The notes below the pieces were generated by a model. The model was not told the DNA's origin. It made no database searches and saw only the letters and a program-made list of their open reading frames with translations. From Candidatus Latescibacterota bacterium (GTDB taxonomy: Bacteria > Latescibacterota > CBDEFO01), in contig OZ252149.1 of assembly GCA_965248755.1 (NCBI GenBank), positions 448,001 through 512,000 on the forward strand: a stretch of DNA of 64,000 bases, written 5' to 3'. The position numbers and the translations under genes are program-made. Positions 1-9,981 of this stretch are shown in pieces (position 1 is the first letter of the stretch; each line of letters begins with the position of its first letter).

Positions 1-655
1 TTTGGCACGTTCAAAGCCTCAGGCTTTACCCCTAATTCCCCGTACGACAACCCCGGCAAAGATAGAATCGCTATCAGACATATCAAAAGTCTTCTCACTT
101 TCAAAACTCCTTCCAAAGATGTCCCCCCGTTTGTCTATCAGCTCTAGGACTTTAGAAGCAATAGACTTTGAAAAGTTTCCTGATTCTTGGAAATTCTCAA
201 TTGCGAGTTCAAATATAGAAAATTAAACAGCAAAGGTCAAGTAGTTTTTGCAACTTATGAAATACTGATGTCGAAGATTTCTACCATCTGACAAGAACAA
301 TTCTGGATTTTCTGAAATAGCCTCCCGAAGTATGGGTTGTCCAGCAATTCAAGTTATGAAAGTTCTTCTTTAAAGTCAAGTGAAATCGGCTCCATATCAA
401 GACTAATTCTGTCAGCAGTTCCCCTTTTAGGGATCTGACATACTCTGAAAAGATGCTTGATAAGATCCATTTACCCTGTTATATTACTACAGCGAGCGGC
501 CTTCCATTTGGACGAATTGTGCTTGACTAAGCCTCGTTTTGGCCGTATGTTTAGGTTGTACCGACTCTGTCCCTCTATTTTCTAACTTTCATAAATTCCT
601 TAAGAAAATAGATATATCCTTGCAACAGCAATTCAACGGAGAAATCAAAAGTAGT

Positions 656-1618
656 ATGGTGTTCAAATCTATAGAAGAGGTTCAACAATCTTTTTCGGAA
701 GCGGGTTATATCAGCGATAGATCACTTGCCACCACAGTGTATCTCGCGGACTCTCTAAAAAAGCCTATTTTCCTTGAGGGAGAAGCGGGCGTCGGAAAGA
801 CCGAAGTTGCCAAGGTAATGTCCAAGGTCCTCAACACCAAGCTTATACGCCTCCAGTGTTACGAGGGACTCGACGTCAACACCTCTCTCTACGAGTGGAA
901 CTACCCCAAGCAGATGCTCGCCATGAGGCTCGATGAACCCAAAGACTCACGTAGAGAACAAACGGAAAAGGTGATCTTCAGCCAGGAGTTCCTCCTCAAA
1001 CGCCCCCTTTTGGAGGCCATACAAAACGACGGGAAGCCCCCTGTCCTACTAATAGACGAAATAGACCGAACTGACGACGAATTTGAAGCCTTCTTATTAG
1101 AAATCCTTTCAGACTTCCAGATTACAATCCCCGAAATAGGGACCATAAAAGCCCCAACGGTACCGTATGTTGTCCTCACGTCAAACCGCACACGAGAAAT
1201 TCACGATGCCCTTAAGCGCAGATGCCTTTATCTTTGGATAGACTATCCGACCTTCGAAAAGGAACTCCAAATCGTCAAGACCAAAGTTCCAGGCATAGAA
1301 GAGAAACTTAATAAGCAGATATGTTCCTTCATGCAGTTGATGAGGACAAGAGACTTCTACAAGCGTCCGGGCATAGCTGAGACTATAGACTGGGGTCTTG
1401 CCCTCATCTCACTCGGGATCAACGATCTGGACTCTGAGACGACAGACGCCACTTTAGGTTGCATATTCAAATACCAGGACGACCTCCAGAAGATACGACA
1501 GGAAGGACTTCCCACGATCATAGACAGAGTCAAAATCACCGTCGGAAAGGAGAACATCCTTGGCCACGCTCCCATATTCTCCCAAGGACCCGCAAACCGC
1601 ACAACCAGATCCGATTGA
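656..1618 (+). CDS. MoxR-family AAA+ ATPase (CoxD-like)
   Basis: Walker A GEAGVGKT, RLQCYEGLD, Walker B LLIDEID, TSNRTREIHDALKRRC. Start moved to ATG 656. Confidence 0.92.
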   Translation: MVFKSIEEVQQSFSEAGYISDRSLATTVYLADSLKKPIFLEGEAGVGKTEVAKVMSKVLNTKLIRLQCYEGLDVNTSLYEWNYPKQMLAMRLDEPKDSRREQTEKVIFSQEFLLKRPLLEAIQNDGKPPVLLIDEIDRTDDEFEAFLLEILSDFQITIPEIGTIKAPTVPYVVLTSNRTREIHDALKRRCLYLWIDYPTFEKELQIVKTKVPGIEEKLNKQICSFMQLMRTRDFYKRPGIAETIDWGLALISLGINDLDSETTDATLGCIFKYQDDLQKIRQEGLPTIIDRVKITVGKENILGHAPIFSQGPANRTTRSD

Positions 1619-1699
1619 TCCAGAAAGTGATCTCCAAAAAGGCGGCCTGGGCGCTGCGTGCATTGCTACCACCCGCTTCCCACCGGTAGTGAGGAGAAA

Positions 1700-2887
1700 T
1701 TGATAACAAAGCGTGAAGTGGTCGAAGAACTTCTTGGAGTAAAACAGGAGCGGAACAGCCTGTTGGGATGGATTCTGTCTTTTGCCAGAACCCTTAGAGA
1801 AGCCGGAATTGAGATCACCTCGGGCCGCATGATAGACCTTTTCAGGAGCTTCGACTGCGTAGATATTAGAGATAGGAGGGACTTCTACCACACAGCTAAA
1901 GCCAATCTGATCTCCAGAGTAGAGGATATAGAGACCTTCGACAGAGTCTTCCAGACCTTCTGGGAACACCTTCCATCCACAGAGCCAGTAGACGATAAAC
2001 AAGTGCAGGAGGAAGATCAGATTATCGACCATACAGGTCGCGAACCCGACTCCATACAGATGGCCGAACGGTCAAACGATCCACAGGAAGGGAGCGACAA
2101 AGAAAACCAAACTGTAGGCTACAGCCCCTACGAGATCCTCGCCAAAAAGGCATTTGACAAGCTTTCCGAAAAGGAGATAGAGGATACAAGGAGAACCATA
2201 GCCAAATTAGCCCCGAATATAGCCACCAAACTTAGTCGCAGAAGAAGGCCCAGTATCAAAGGATGCCAGGTGGACTTTCGCCGTACGTGGCGCAAAAACA
2301 TAAGATATGGTAAGGACACCATCGAAATCATCAAGAAGAGAAGAAAGATAAAAAAGAACAGACTGGCCTTGATATGCGATGTCAGCGGCTCAATGGACTT
2401 CTACTCCAGATTCGTCCTTCAGTTTATGTACGGCATCCAGAAGGAGATCCCCGACGCTCAAGTAGCAGTCTTCAGCACCAGACTAACAGACATCACTGAC
2501 CTGCTAAGCACGGAGGGAGTTGAGACATCTCTAAGAAAAATATTTGAAAAGACACCCGACTGGTCGGGCGGCACGAACATCGGCAAATGCCTCTTTGAAT
2601 TCAATTCCAAATTCGGTAGAGACTTGATCAACTCCAAAACCGTCGTCATAATAGTTAGTGACGGCTGGGACAGGGGAAAAACGGACCTTCTGAAAAGAGA
2701 AATGGAGCTTTTAAAGAGGAGAGCCTACAGGATAATCTGGCTCAATCCACTCTTGGGTAATCCCGATTATCAGCCCCTCTGCTCCGGAATGAAGACATCC
2801 TTGAGCTATATAGATTATTTCCTCCCGGTGCACAACTTGGAGAGCCTCTTAAATCTGGGAAGGACCCTCAAAAGGACATGGAGTTGA
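1700..2887 (+). CDS. VWA-domain protein (CoxE-like)
   Basis: MIDAS DVSGSM, WSGGTNIG, SDGWD, WLNPL. Follows the MoxR ATPase. TTG start after GAGGAG is inferred. Confidence 0.9.
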   Translation: MITKREVVEELLGVKQERNSLLGWILSFARTLREAGIEITSGRMIDLFRSFDCVDIRDRRDFYHTAKANLISRVEDIETFDRVFQTFWEHLPSTEPVDDKQVQEEDQIIDHTGREPDSIQMAERSNDPQEGSDKENQTVGYSPYEILAKKAFDKLSEKEIEDTRRTIAKLAPNIATKLSRRRRPSIKGCQVDFRRTWRKNIRYGKDTIEIIKKRRKIKKNRLALICDVSGSMDFYSRFVLQFMYGIQKEIPDAQVAVFSTRLTDITDLLSTEGVETSLRKIFEKTPDWSGGTNIGKCLFEFNSKFGRDLINSKTVVIIVSDGWDRGKTDLLKREMELLKRRAYRIIWLNPLLGNPDYQPLCSGMKTSLSYIDYFLPVHNLESLLNLGRTLKRTWS

Positions 2888-2997
2888 TTAAGGGTAGGCC
2901 ACAATGACACAAATTTATTGTCTTTGTGCCTTGGTGGCTGAACAGGAAAAACCGAAATTCTACCTCAACTCCAATTCTTCTCATAATGGAGGAACGC

Positions 2998-3870
2998 ATG
3001 AAGCGATTCCAGTACCTTGAGCCTGAAAGCCTCGATGAAGCCGTATCGCTGCTTCTAAAATACGGCGGCAAAGTTAAAATCCTTGCCGGAGGTACACACC
3101 TGGTACTTTTGATGCGCCAGAGAAAGATCACACCTGTTTATGTAGTGGACATTAAAAAGGTCCCCAACCTAAAATACATAAAATACAACACCAGAAACGG
3201 CATGAGAATCGGAGCTTTAATCACATACAGAGAAATCTCAGAATCTCTACCCGTTCGGGATCACTACAGTGCCCTTGCAGAAGCCGTCAATAAGATCGGT
3301 TCAATACAGACCAGAAATAGAGGCACCATAGGAGGGAACCTCTGCACCGCCTCCCCCACATCGGAACCTGCAACTGCCCTTATAGCCTTTGGGGCCGGCT
3401 TCAAAATAGCTGGACCAAAAGGCGAAAGATGGGTTGCAGCCGACGAATTCTTCAAGGGACCGGGCAAGACCGCCCTTAGAAAATCCGAACTTTTGACAGA
3501 GATACATGTCCCCAATCCCAGAAAGCGCACAGGAGCAGCCTTTGCAAGACAGGGCAGAGGGGCAATAGACACGAGCCTCGTCAACGCCGCAGCAACGGTA
3601 GTATTGGGAAGGATAGAGGCGATTTGCGCCGACGTAAGAATCGCGCTCGGGGCTGTCGCACCCAAACCTATAAGAGCAAAAAGGGCCGAAAGATCCCTGA
3701 AAGACAGGACACTTACCCCCGAAGCAATAGCAAATACAGCCCTGATAGCCTCGAGAGAGGCAAAACCCATAGACGACAGAAGATGCACAGCCGAATATCG
3801 AAGGGAGTTAGTCAAGGTCCTCACAAAAAGAGTCCTCTGCAGAGCACTGGAGGAGGCGAAAACAAAGTAG
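2998..3870 (+). CDS. Xanthine dehydrogenase-family FAD-binding (medium) subunit
   Basis: AGGT, RNRGTIGGNL, ALGAVAP, AEYRR. ATG 2998 follows GGAGG. Confidence 0.92.
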   Translation: MKRFQYLEPESLDEAVSLLLKYGGKVKILAGGTHLVLLMRQRKITPVYVVDIKKVPNLKYIKYNTRNGMRIGALITYREISESLPVRDHYSALAEAVNKIGSIQTRNRGTIGGNLCTASPTSEPATALIAFGAGFKIAGPKGERWVAADEFFKGPGKTALRKSELLTEIHVPNPRKRTGAAFARQGRGAIDTSLVNAAATVVLGRIEAICADVRIALGAVAPKPIRAKRAERSLKDRTLTPEAIANTALIASREAKPIDDRRCTAEYRRELVKVLTKRVLCRALEEAKTK

Positions 3871-3917
3871 CCAATAGAAAGGGCACCTCCCCAACTTAAT
3901 AATTTGGACGAATCGAA

Positions 3918-4388
3918 ATGAAATACTTGATCGAGCTTACTGTAAATAAAGAGAAAAGAGAGGGCTTGGCTGAACATCAAATAACGCTTTTGGACTTTCT
4001 TCGTGACGAACTTGATCTAACCGGTGCAAAGGAGGGATGCGGTTCCGGCCAATGCGGGGCCTGCAGTATAATAATGGACGGATTGCTCGTCAATAGCTGT
4101 CTTATCCTGGCTGTGGAAGCCCGAGGAAAGAATATCACGACCATAGAAGGGATCTCCGGTCCGGATAAATTGAGTCCGATTCAGCAGGCCTTTGCCGAAT
4201 ACGGCGGCATCCAGTGCGGATTCTGCATACCCGGAATGGTGCTTACAGCCAAAAACCTCCTCGAAATGTACCCCAAAGCGACAGAAGAGGAGATCAGAAT
4301 GGGGATAGCTGGAAATCTGTGTAGTTGCAGCGGCTACACCAAGATTGTAGAAGCTATAGCTTCCGTAAGCCGAGCCAGAAAATTATAA
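3918..4388 (+). CDS. Xanthine dehydrogenase-family 2Fe-2S (small) subunit
   Basis: GCGSGQCGAC, NSC, QCGFC, NLCSCSGY. Confidence 0.93.
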   Translation: MKYLIELTVNKEKREGLAEHQITLLDFLRDELDLTGAKEGCGSGQCGACSIIMDGLLVNSCLILAVEARGKNITTIEGISGPDKLSPIQQAFAEYGGIQCGFCIPGMVLTAKNLLEMYPKATEEEIRMGIAGNLCSCSGYTKIVEAIASVSRARKL

Positions 4389-4397
4389 GGATTATAG

Positions 4398-6755
4398 ATG
4401 CCAGACCTATCCGTAGTCGGAAAATCTATACCCAGACTCGAGGGCGCCTCCAAGCTCACAGGACAGTTGAAATACGCATCGGACTTCAAGCTCCCCGGAA
4501 TGCTTTACGGGAAGATATTAACAAGTCCCCATCCGCACGCAAGGATACTGGACATCGATACATCCCGCGCCCAAGCTCTGCCCGGTGTTGTAACCCTTAC
4601 CACATATAAAGACGCGCCCAATGTGCTCTTTGGAGGGATATATAAAGACACCCGCATCTTGGCAAAGGACAAGGTCCGCTACCAGGGGGAAAGCATCGCC
4701 GCTGTCGCCGCTAAAGACCTATCCACAGCCGAGGATGCAATAGAACATATAGAAGTGCAATACGATGTCCTCCCCTCTGTGCAAGACCCCTCGGAAGCCA
4801 TCAAGCCCGACGCTCCCGTAATCCACGAACACTTAAGTAAATACCAGACCGACTTTTGCTTTTCCCCAGAAAGTTCTTCGATACCTTTGGGGAACTCCAA
4901 TCCACCGGGAAAAGGAAAACCTAAAAACGTACTCGGATTCTACGTCCTGGAGCACGGAGATGTCCAAGAAGGCTTGAAAGGATCAGATTACGTTTTCAAA
5001 GATACGTACAGAATCCCCATGTTTTATCACGCCGGAATCGAGCCTCATGCAGTCCTTGTCGATGTGGATGAAAACGGCAAACTCACCGTCTGGACCTCCA
5101 CACAGGGGCACTTCATAGTAAGAGAAGTGCTCTCAAAGGCACTCCAGATGCCCATGACAAAGATCAGAGTCATCCCTGCTGCCGTCGGAGGCGCCTTCGG
5201 AGGAGATCTTACCCCCCTAATAGAGCCGTCCTGCGCCCTTTTAGCCCTCAAATCCAGACGCGCGGTCAAAATGGTCCTGACTCCAAGAGAAAGTTTCCTC
5301 TGCTCCAGACCGAGACATGCCGTCCATGTCGAAATCGAAACCGGCGTAACAAAAGACGGGACTTTTCTTTCCAGAAAGATGAAGATGATCTTCGACACCG
5401 GAGCCTACAGCGGCTGCGGTCCCCTCACCGCCCAGACAGCCTCCCAGAGCGGTGCAGGGCCTTACAGGATCCCCAATCTTAAAATAGAAGCCTACTACGT
5501 CTATACCAACAAGCAAAGCTTCGGAGGATACAGCGCCTCTGCACATCCCCAGATTTGCTTTGCCATCGAAACTCAAATAGAGGAGATAGCCGCAAAACTG
5601 AACCTTAGTCCTGTTGAAATCAGACTCAAGAATTTCTTAAGAAAAGGCAACCGGCTCCCCTTCTCTGCAAAAAGTTCTTTGGATATGCCCCTTGCAGGCG
5701 AAGCCCTTAAAGGCGATGGAATGTACCGGACATTCAGAGCAGCTTTGAAGCGCGCAGGGGGCTTAGAGAGCCGCAAACTCGGAACGGGGACGGCGACTGA
5801 CCCTTGTCGGGGAAGAGGTATCGGATGCGGATACTGGCTTTCTAGGGGACTCGCCTCCTGCGTATACATCAAACTCAACCAAGACGGCACAGTCTGCGTC
5901 AACACAGGCGCCATAGACCTCTCAGGCTCAGATACAGCCCTGGCCCAGATCGCCGCTGAGGAGATGGGCGTCTCTGTGGAAGAGATCACGATTAGCACGC
6001 TGGACACCGATTCTGCACCCCATTCGACATCCAGCGCATGCAGCGCGGTCACAAGAGCTGTGGGCAGGGCCGCGATAAAAGCCGCACGGGACCTTAAGAG
6101 AAAGCTCTTCGACCTTGCTGTCGAGAGACTTGAAGCCAGCAGGAGCGATCTCGAACTCAAAGGAGGTCACGTCTATCTGAAGAGTTCATCGAAGAAAAAG
6201 ATAAGCATAGCTGAACTTATAAAGTTAAGCCTTTCAAACCCGAAGATAGGTCCTGTAATCGGCATCGGATCGGTCGGAGATCTCCCCGAGGAGCCCTCCT
6301 TCGTAGCAGAGATAGCCGACGTTGAAGTAGATCCCGAAACTGGATTTGTCAAGATCCTGCGCTTCGTTGTAGCCCAGGACGTGGGTTTCGCCTTGAATCC
6401 CCTCTGTGTCGAAGGGCAGATCCAGGGCGGAGCTGTCCAGGGCATAGGACAGGCCATATTGGATGAATACCCCAACCACTTCGCGGCGGAGGCAGGAAGC
6501 AACGCACTAAGTGGCAAGATACCCAGCGCCCTGGATGTGCCTCAGATCGAAGCCATACTCGTAGAGGACAAAACTGGCGATGGACCGTACGGCTCCAAAG
6601 ACGTTGGAGAACAATCCATAATCCCCGCCACACCAGCGGTAGCAAACGCCATATACAACGCGGTCGGAGTCAGAATCAAAGAACTCCCAATTACTCCCGA
6701 AAAGATAGTCAAATCCCTAAAAAGCAGGGGACCCACTCGGCAAAGACGAAAATGA
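4398..6755 (+). CDS. Xanthine dehydrogenase-family molybdopterin-binding (large) subunit, divergent motifs
   Basis: SPHPHARI, STQG, GGAFGG, EGQIQGGAVQGIG, VGE, PAVANAIYNAVGVRI. Confidence 0.9.
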   Translation: MPDLSVVGKSIPRLEGASKLTGQLKYASDFKLPGMLYGKILTSPHPHARILDIDTSRAQALPGVVTLTTYKDAPNVLFGGIYKDTRILAKDKVRYQGESIAAVAAKDLSTAEDAIEHIEVQYDVLPSVQDPSEAIKPDAPVIHEHLSKYQTDFCFSPESSSIPLGNSNPPGKGKPKNVLGFYVLEHGDVQEGLKGSDYVFKDTYRIPMFYHAGIEPHAVLVDVDENGKLTVWTSTQGHFIVREVLSKALQMPMTKIRVIPAAVGGAFGGDLTPLIEPSCALLALKSRRAVKMVLTPRESFLCSRPRHAVHVEIETGVTKDGTFLSRKMKMIFDTGAYSGCGPLTAQTASQSGAGPYRIPNLKIEAYYVYTNKQSFGGYSASAHPQICFAIETQIEEIAAKLNLSPVEIRLKNFLRKGNRLPFSAKSSLDMPLAGEALKGDGMYRTFRAALKRAGGLESRKLGTGTATDPCRGRGIGCGYWLSRGLASCVYIKLNQDGTVCVNTGAIDLSGSDTALAQIAAEEMGVSVEEITISTLDTDSAPHSTSSACSAVTRAVGRAAIKAARDLKRKLFDLAVERLEASRSDLELKGGHVYLKSSSKKKISIAELIKLSLSNPKIGPVIGIGSVGDLPEEPSFVAEIADVEVDPETGFVKILRFVVAQDVGFALNPLCVEGQIQGGAVQGIGQAILDEYPNHFAAEAGSNALSGKIPSALDVPQIEAILVEDKTGDGPYGSKDVGEQSIIPATPAVANAIYNAVGVRIKELPITPEKIVKSLKSRGPTRQRRK

Positions 6756-6806
6756 ATCAGGGTGCAGACATGTATTCGCCCAGTTTACCGGAGGTGAATA
6801 ATTAAG

Positions 6807-7931
6807 ATGGAAGAAGTATTTGTAGAACTCATAAATCTAATAGAAAGAGGCGAAAAGGGTGCCCTTTCCACCATAGTCTCCAGCTTCGGCTCTTTGCCTA
6901 TGAGCAAAAAGGCCAAAATGCTTGCCAAAAGCGACGGCAAGATCGTAGGAACAGTCGGAGGAGGCTGCATGGAAGCTGAGGTCTGGACGGAAGCCCAGAC
7001 TGTCATGGCAGAGGGAACACCGAGACTCCAAAGCTTTATCCTGACAGAAAAGCACGCCGGAGAAGAAGGGCTAAATTGCGGCGGCAGTGTAGAGATCTTT
7101 ACAGAGCCCATATCCTCCGAAGGTTCTAACGAGATTTTCAGAGAGATAGTAAAGCTTAAATCAGAAAGAGGGTACGCCGCGCTTGCCACGCTGGTCTCCG
7201 AAGATCCCAAAGAACTCAGAAAGATGCTCGTAAAAAGGGATGGAGATACAATAGGGACACTCGGGTCAGAAGAACTCGACCGCCGAATCAGAGAGGAAGC
7301 CCAGCGCGTCGTAGACGAAGATACACTCAAAGTCCTCGATATAGACATACACCAGCCCGACAGTGATGTAACCTTCAGAATATTCCTCGAAGCCATCCTC
7401 CCTGATCCCACTCTCTATATATTCGGAGGAGGTCACGTTTCAAAAGCCATAGGAAGAATTGCCAAGACAGCAGGGTTCAGGCTCGTCATAATAGACGACA
7501 GGCCCTTCTTTGCCAACTTCGAGAGATTCCCCGATGCCGACGAAGTCATAGTAGATGAGTTCGACGGCGTCGTGAAAAAGCTCCCCATAGACGACTCATC
7601 CTATCTTGTGGCCGTCACAAGGGGCCACCAATGGGATGAAAAGGTCATCGAGCAGGCAGTCTGGACCGAAGCCAGATACATAGGCATGATAGGCAGCACA
7701 AGGAAAATAGCCCTTATGTGGAAAAAGCTCGAAAAAAGAGGCATTCCAAGAGAGCTACTTGACGCCGTCCACGGCCCCATCGGCATAGACATAAATGCCG
7801 ATAACCCAGAAGAGATAGCGGTCAGCATAGTTGCAGAACTCATAAAGTCCCGTCGCCAAAGAGGAAAACCAAAGCACATCAGAGCGACGAAGAGGAAATC
7901 ATCCGCAAAATCCGTCCCGATTGAGACCTAA
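6807..7931 (+). CDS. xdhC: XdhC/CoxF-family Moco insertion accessory protein
   Basis: GTVGGGCME, CGG, FGGGHV, VTRGH, YIGMIGS, PEEIAVSI. Confidence 0.92.
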   Translation: MEEVFVELINLIERGEKGALSTIVSSFGSLPMSKKAKMLAKSDGKIVGTVGGGCMEAEVWTEAQTVMAEGTPRLQSFILTEKHAGEEGLNCGGSVEIFTEPISSEGSNEIFREIVKLKSERGYAALATLVSEDPKELRKMLVKRDGDTIGTLGSEELDRRIREEAQRVVDEDTLKVLDIDIHQPDSDVTFRIFLEAILPDPTLYIFGGGHVSKAIGRIAKTAGFRLVIIDDRPFFANFERFPDADEVIVDEFDGVVKKLPIDDSSYLVAVTRGHQWDEKVIEQAVWTEARYIGMIGSTRKIALMWKKLEKRGIPRELLDAVHGPIGIDINADNPEEIAVSIVAELIKSRRQRGKPKHIRATKRKSSAKSVPIET

Positions 7932-8117
7932 GGAAACACTGCGATTTACAGCAATCTATCAACAAAAGATAAATCCCCGATAGCATCAATCTGGGACTGG
8001 AAACTGAGAGGCTGGATGTTCTGGAGTTTACCCAGAGTAGTGTATACCCGAACTTCGGATATCACACGGAAATTGCTAACGAAGATTCAATAGCCTTTTG
8101 AATAAAGGCCTACAACA

Positions 8118-8600
8118 ATGACTTTAGATAAAGACACAACCGATCTTCTGGCCAAAATAATCCCAACTTTGCTTACAATAGTGGGCGGTGCAATAGGCTG
8201 GTTTTTAAAATCACGATTAGAGGCCAAACGTCGGGCTGAGGATGCTCTTAGAGATCAACGGGGTAAGACCTATGTTGATATCCTGATGCCCTTTGCGAAG
8301 CTTTTCTCGGATCTGTCACCTAAAAGCCAACAAGCTGCTCTTCGCCAGCTAACATCAGCTGATTATCGGAAATTAGCTTTTCAGCTTGTTTTGATTGGCT
8401 CTGACGAAGTAGTCAATGCCTGGAACGAGATGTGGAATAAGGTCTATCAAGCGGAGAAGGGAACCTGCAAGAATACAGATGTGATTTTGGCATTTGGTGA
8501 TGTACTGCTGGCTATTCGAAGAGGCCTAGGAAACGATACTACGCGCCTGAGCAACAAAGATATCCTTAGGTGGTTGATCAAAGACGCTGACTCGTTGTAG
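8118..8600 (+). CDS. Hypothetical protein with N-terminal transmembrane helix
   Basis: 160-aa ORF with one hydrophobic segment followed by a helical domain. Confidence 0.7.
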   Translation: MTLDKDTTDLLAKIIPTLLTIVGGAIGWFLKSRLEAKRRAEDALRDQRGKTYVDILMPFAKLFSDLSPKSQQAALRQLTSADYRKLAFQLVLIGSDEVVNAWNEMWNKVYQAEKGTCKNTDVILAFGDVLLAIRRGLGNDTTRLSNKDILRWLIKDADSL

Positions 8601-8628
8601 CAGAAAGAAAGCCTATTTCTCATGGAGG

Positions 8629-9246
8629 ATGACTACAATGAATTCTGCCAAGCTAACTCTTCAGGTATTATTGATCCTCACATTCACTGCTATAACTTCC
8701 ATCAGCACGGCACAGGAATTGTCAAAGCATGATGAGTCCGCCGAAGAAAGCACAGCATCTCGAATTCTAAAGTCCGCCGGGAGCTTATTGGTCAAAGAGT
8801 TCCATGTCTTACCTAATATTCGCTACAATATCAAATGTAAGATTTTGATCATTCGGAATTTGCTTGATTCTGCTGATGGCAAAGGGATCTATGTTGGTTT
8901 CAGCATTTCGGAAAAGGATGGCAACTATACACGCAGCTCAAATATTGATTCAGATGAAGTAGACGGGCTACTCGCATCCGTTGAGATATTTGAAAAACAG
9001 GGAGTTCAACTCATGAGTAACCCATTAGCCCATCCTCAAAGAGCGAGCTCAAGCTCTGTAGAAATAGCTTACACAACAAAAGATGGTCTTACGTTTGGCG
9101 TATATCGAAGTAAAGAAGAAATGAAGTACGCTTTGAGAATTACCAGGACATCTGATTGGATTTTGCTTAAGGATGATGAGGCTGCCAAATTTGTAGAAAA
9201 TCTGAAGGAAGCGAAAAAGGTAGCACAGCAAATCGCAGCACGCTAA
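8629..9246 (+). CDS. Hypothetical secreted protein
   Basis: 205-aa ORF with an N-terminal signal peptide (ISTA-QE) and GGAGG near the start. Confidence 0.7.
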   Translation: MTTMNSAKLTLQVLLILTFTAITSISTAQELSKHDESAEESTASRILKSAGSLLVKEFHVLPNIRYNIKCKILIIRNLLDSADGKGIYVGFSISEKDGNYTRSSNIDSDEVDGLLASVEIFEKQGVQLMSNPLAHPQRASSSSVEIAYTTKDGLTFGVYRSKEEMKYALRITRTSDWILLKDDEAAKFVENLKEAKKVAQQIAAR

Positions 9247-9327
9247 AAACGCCAATGATCAGCTCGGTAACAAAGCGGCCTTGTCGTCCTGACAAGGCCA
9301 CATCCTACTACCCCAGGCCGCGACAAC

Positions 9328-9455
9328 ATTTAACAGCGCACTCCCGGCTCGCTTCGCTCGACCAAAATGGCCGTGACTGATTCATTGACTAATTGTAAAA
9401 ACCCTGATTCCTTTTCCGATGCATGCCCACTTCGGGAGTGCGCGGACCGTTGGGC
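9328..9455 (+). other. attC-like integron recombination site
   Basis: ATTTAAC (RYYYAAC) and GTTGGGC (GTTRRRY) flank inverted arms GCGCACTCCCG / CGGGAGTGCGC; 128 bp. Confidence 0.55.
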
Positions 9456-9555
9456 GAAAGAGCAAAGCAATAGTCTATCGAAAGTCTTAAATCGATATTG
9501 TCATATTTAACCGACACAAAACTATAACGCTATTCATCAAACAGGAGCGCGACCC

Positions 9556-9801
9556 ATGTCGGAAGAATATAGATTACATCTTCAAGTCAAGAGAGTAGAA
9601 AACGGCCAATTTTTAGCTACTTCGGATAACTTACCTGGTCTAGTCGCTCAAGGCAGAACTGTAGCCGAAACGGCAGAGATTGCGCAGGATGTGGCACGAA
9701 AACTGATCGAATCCTACCGTCAACAAGGTGATCCTCTCCCGGAAGGATTGCAGATGCTAGATACTGAGGTTGTTGAGCTGGACATACCGGTAGGAGCCTG
9801 A
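9556..9801 (+). CDS. hicB: HicB-family antitoxin (short form)
   Basis: FLATSDNLPGLVAQGRTVAE...QDVARKLIES, RNase-H-like HicB signature. Confidence 0.85.
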   Translation: MSEEYRLHLQVKRVENGQFLATSDNLPGLVAQGRTVAETAEIAQDVARKLIESYRQQGDPLPEGLQMLDTEVVELDIPVGA

Positions 9802-9902
9802 TGGGGCGCCTTGCAGGTCTCACATATCGACAGGTGACAAGAAAACACAGTAGCACATCTGCAAATTGGAGTGACCCCCACCTTATTGGCATATACAGAT
9901 GA
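9801..9902 (+). pseudogene. Truncated HicA-family toxin remnant
   Basis: TGATG-coupled to hicB. Begins MGRLAGLTYRQVTRK (HicA-like N-terminus), then loses similarity, has no GSH motif and stops after 33 codons. Confidence 0.65.
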
Positions 9903-9981
9903 ACTCTTAGAATACCTCAACGAGCGCGGAGCCCCTGCTACGACCTGAAAGCCCATCCGCTATATGTGGAGAATTCTCAAG

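Noticed and set aside
656..7931. Aerobic CO dehydrogenase (cox) operon
   Set aside because: The large subunit has neither AYXCSFR (form I) nor AYXGAGR (form II); only the family-level call is supported.
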